A stretch of DNA of 6,317 nt from a virus (lineage: Duplodnaviria; Heunggongvirae; Uroviricota; Caudoviricetes), in IMG/VR virus record IMGVR_UViG_2778261069_000001, one strand, 5' to 3'. Positions within the stretch are counted from its first letter, which is position 1. Each line of letters opens with the position of its first letter. Of this stretch, positions 5,759 to 6,317 are shown piece after piece. A program made the translations under genes and the position numbers. The notes beneath the pieces are model-generated. The model did not search any database. It was not told the DNA's origin and saw only the letters and a program-made list of their open reading frames with translations.

Positions 5759-6317
5759 ATGAAGGATGGTGCGCTGCTCAGGAGTTCTTCACTTTTTATT
5801 GCCTATATGGGATGCCTTGGATGGGGGAGTGCTTATTTCTATGGATGGGGTACTTCTTTTTACTACGGCTTCCCATGGTGGATTGTAGGTGCAGGTGTTG
5901 ATGATGTTGCCAGAAGTTTATTTTTTGCAGTTATCGTCATTGCTATATTTCTTATCGGTTGGGGTATTGGTGTTGTATTCTTTTTCGCAGTGAAAAGAAA
6001 ACATTCTATGCAAGAGCTAAATGTATTTCGCCTTTATTTTGCTGTGGAATTATTGTTTGTGCCGGCAATTATTGAGTTTTCTATATTGAGACAGAAGATT
6101 CAGGTACCTCTTTTGCTACTGTCAGCAGCGATTGCGCTGGCGGTTACAATTTCGATAAGATCTTATGGGCGATTTTTATCGGTATCATGCTTCTATGATA
6201 AGCCATTTATAAAAAAACATTTTTTTGAGATTGTGATGATTGCTTTTGTGGCATATTTCTGGCTTTTTTCATTTCTGACAGGATATTACAAACCACAGTT
6301 TAAGAAAGAATATGAAA
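5759..6317 (+). CDS. Hypothetical polytopic membrane protein (moron downstream of pR'), 3'-partial; the ORF is open to the window end
   Basis: My own translation of the frame 5759..6317 (186 codons, no stop): MKDGALLRSSSLFIAYMGCLGWGSAYFYGWGTSFYYGFPWWIVGAGVDDVARSLFFAVIVIAIFLIGWGIGVVFFFAVKRKHSMQELNVFRLYFAVELLFVPAIIEFSILRQKIQVPLLLLSAAIALAVTISIRSYGRFLSVSCFYDKPFIKKHFFEIVMIAFVAYFWLFSFLTGYYKPQFKKEYE.... At least five long hydrophobic segments separated by short K/R-containing loops. GGGGTGG Shine-Dalgarno-like sequence at 5750-5756. In-frame ATGs also occur at 5717 and 5732, so the start is ambiguous. The region is markedly AT-rich relative to the phage backbone. No family match recognised. Confidence 0.6.
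   Translation, partial: MKDGALLRSSSLFIAYMGCLGWGSAYFYGWGTSFYYGFPWWIVGAGVDDVARSLFFAVIVIAIFLIGWGIGVVFFFAVKRKHSMQELNVFRLYFAVELLFVPAIIEFSILRQKIQVPLLLLSAAIALAVTISIRSYGRFLSVSCFYDKPFIKKHFFEIVMIAFVAYFWLFSFLTGYYKPQFKKEYE

Noticed and set aside
5759-6317. Assignment of the membrane protein to the CPBP/Abi intramembrane protease family on the basis of an F-x-x-x-H-like motif (FIKKH)
   Set aside because: The other CPBP motifs (EExxxR, HxxxN/D) are not evident in the available partial sequence. A single short motif is insufficient, so the protein is left unassigned.

Overview
This window is the right-arm early and delayed-early region of a lambda-like (lambdoid) enterobacterial prophage, all on the + strand: O–P replication genes with ori-lambda iterons inside O, ren, terminator tR2, the nin region (ninB, a Dam-like N6-adenine methyltransferase in place of ninC/ninD, ninE, ninF, ninG/rap, ninH, ninI phosphatase) and the late antiterminator Q with its pR' promoter. 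Gene identities rest on recalled lambda protein sequences, not on a database search. Three things depart from canonical lambda. (1) The first 127 bp are the terminal inverted repeat and transposase OrfA start of an IS629-like IS3-family element, inserted 13 bp upstream of the O start codon. (2) The ninC–ninD interval is replaced by a methyltransferase cassette. (3) Downstream of pR' the lambda 6S/tR' sequence is replaced by AT-rich foreign DNA carrying an open reading frame (5759 to the window end, absent from the ORF track because it has no stop in the window) for a polytopic, aromatic-rich membrane protein of unknown function. That moron, in the Q-to-lysis cargo slot, is the best candidate for something undescribed.
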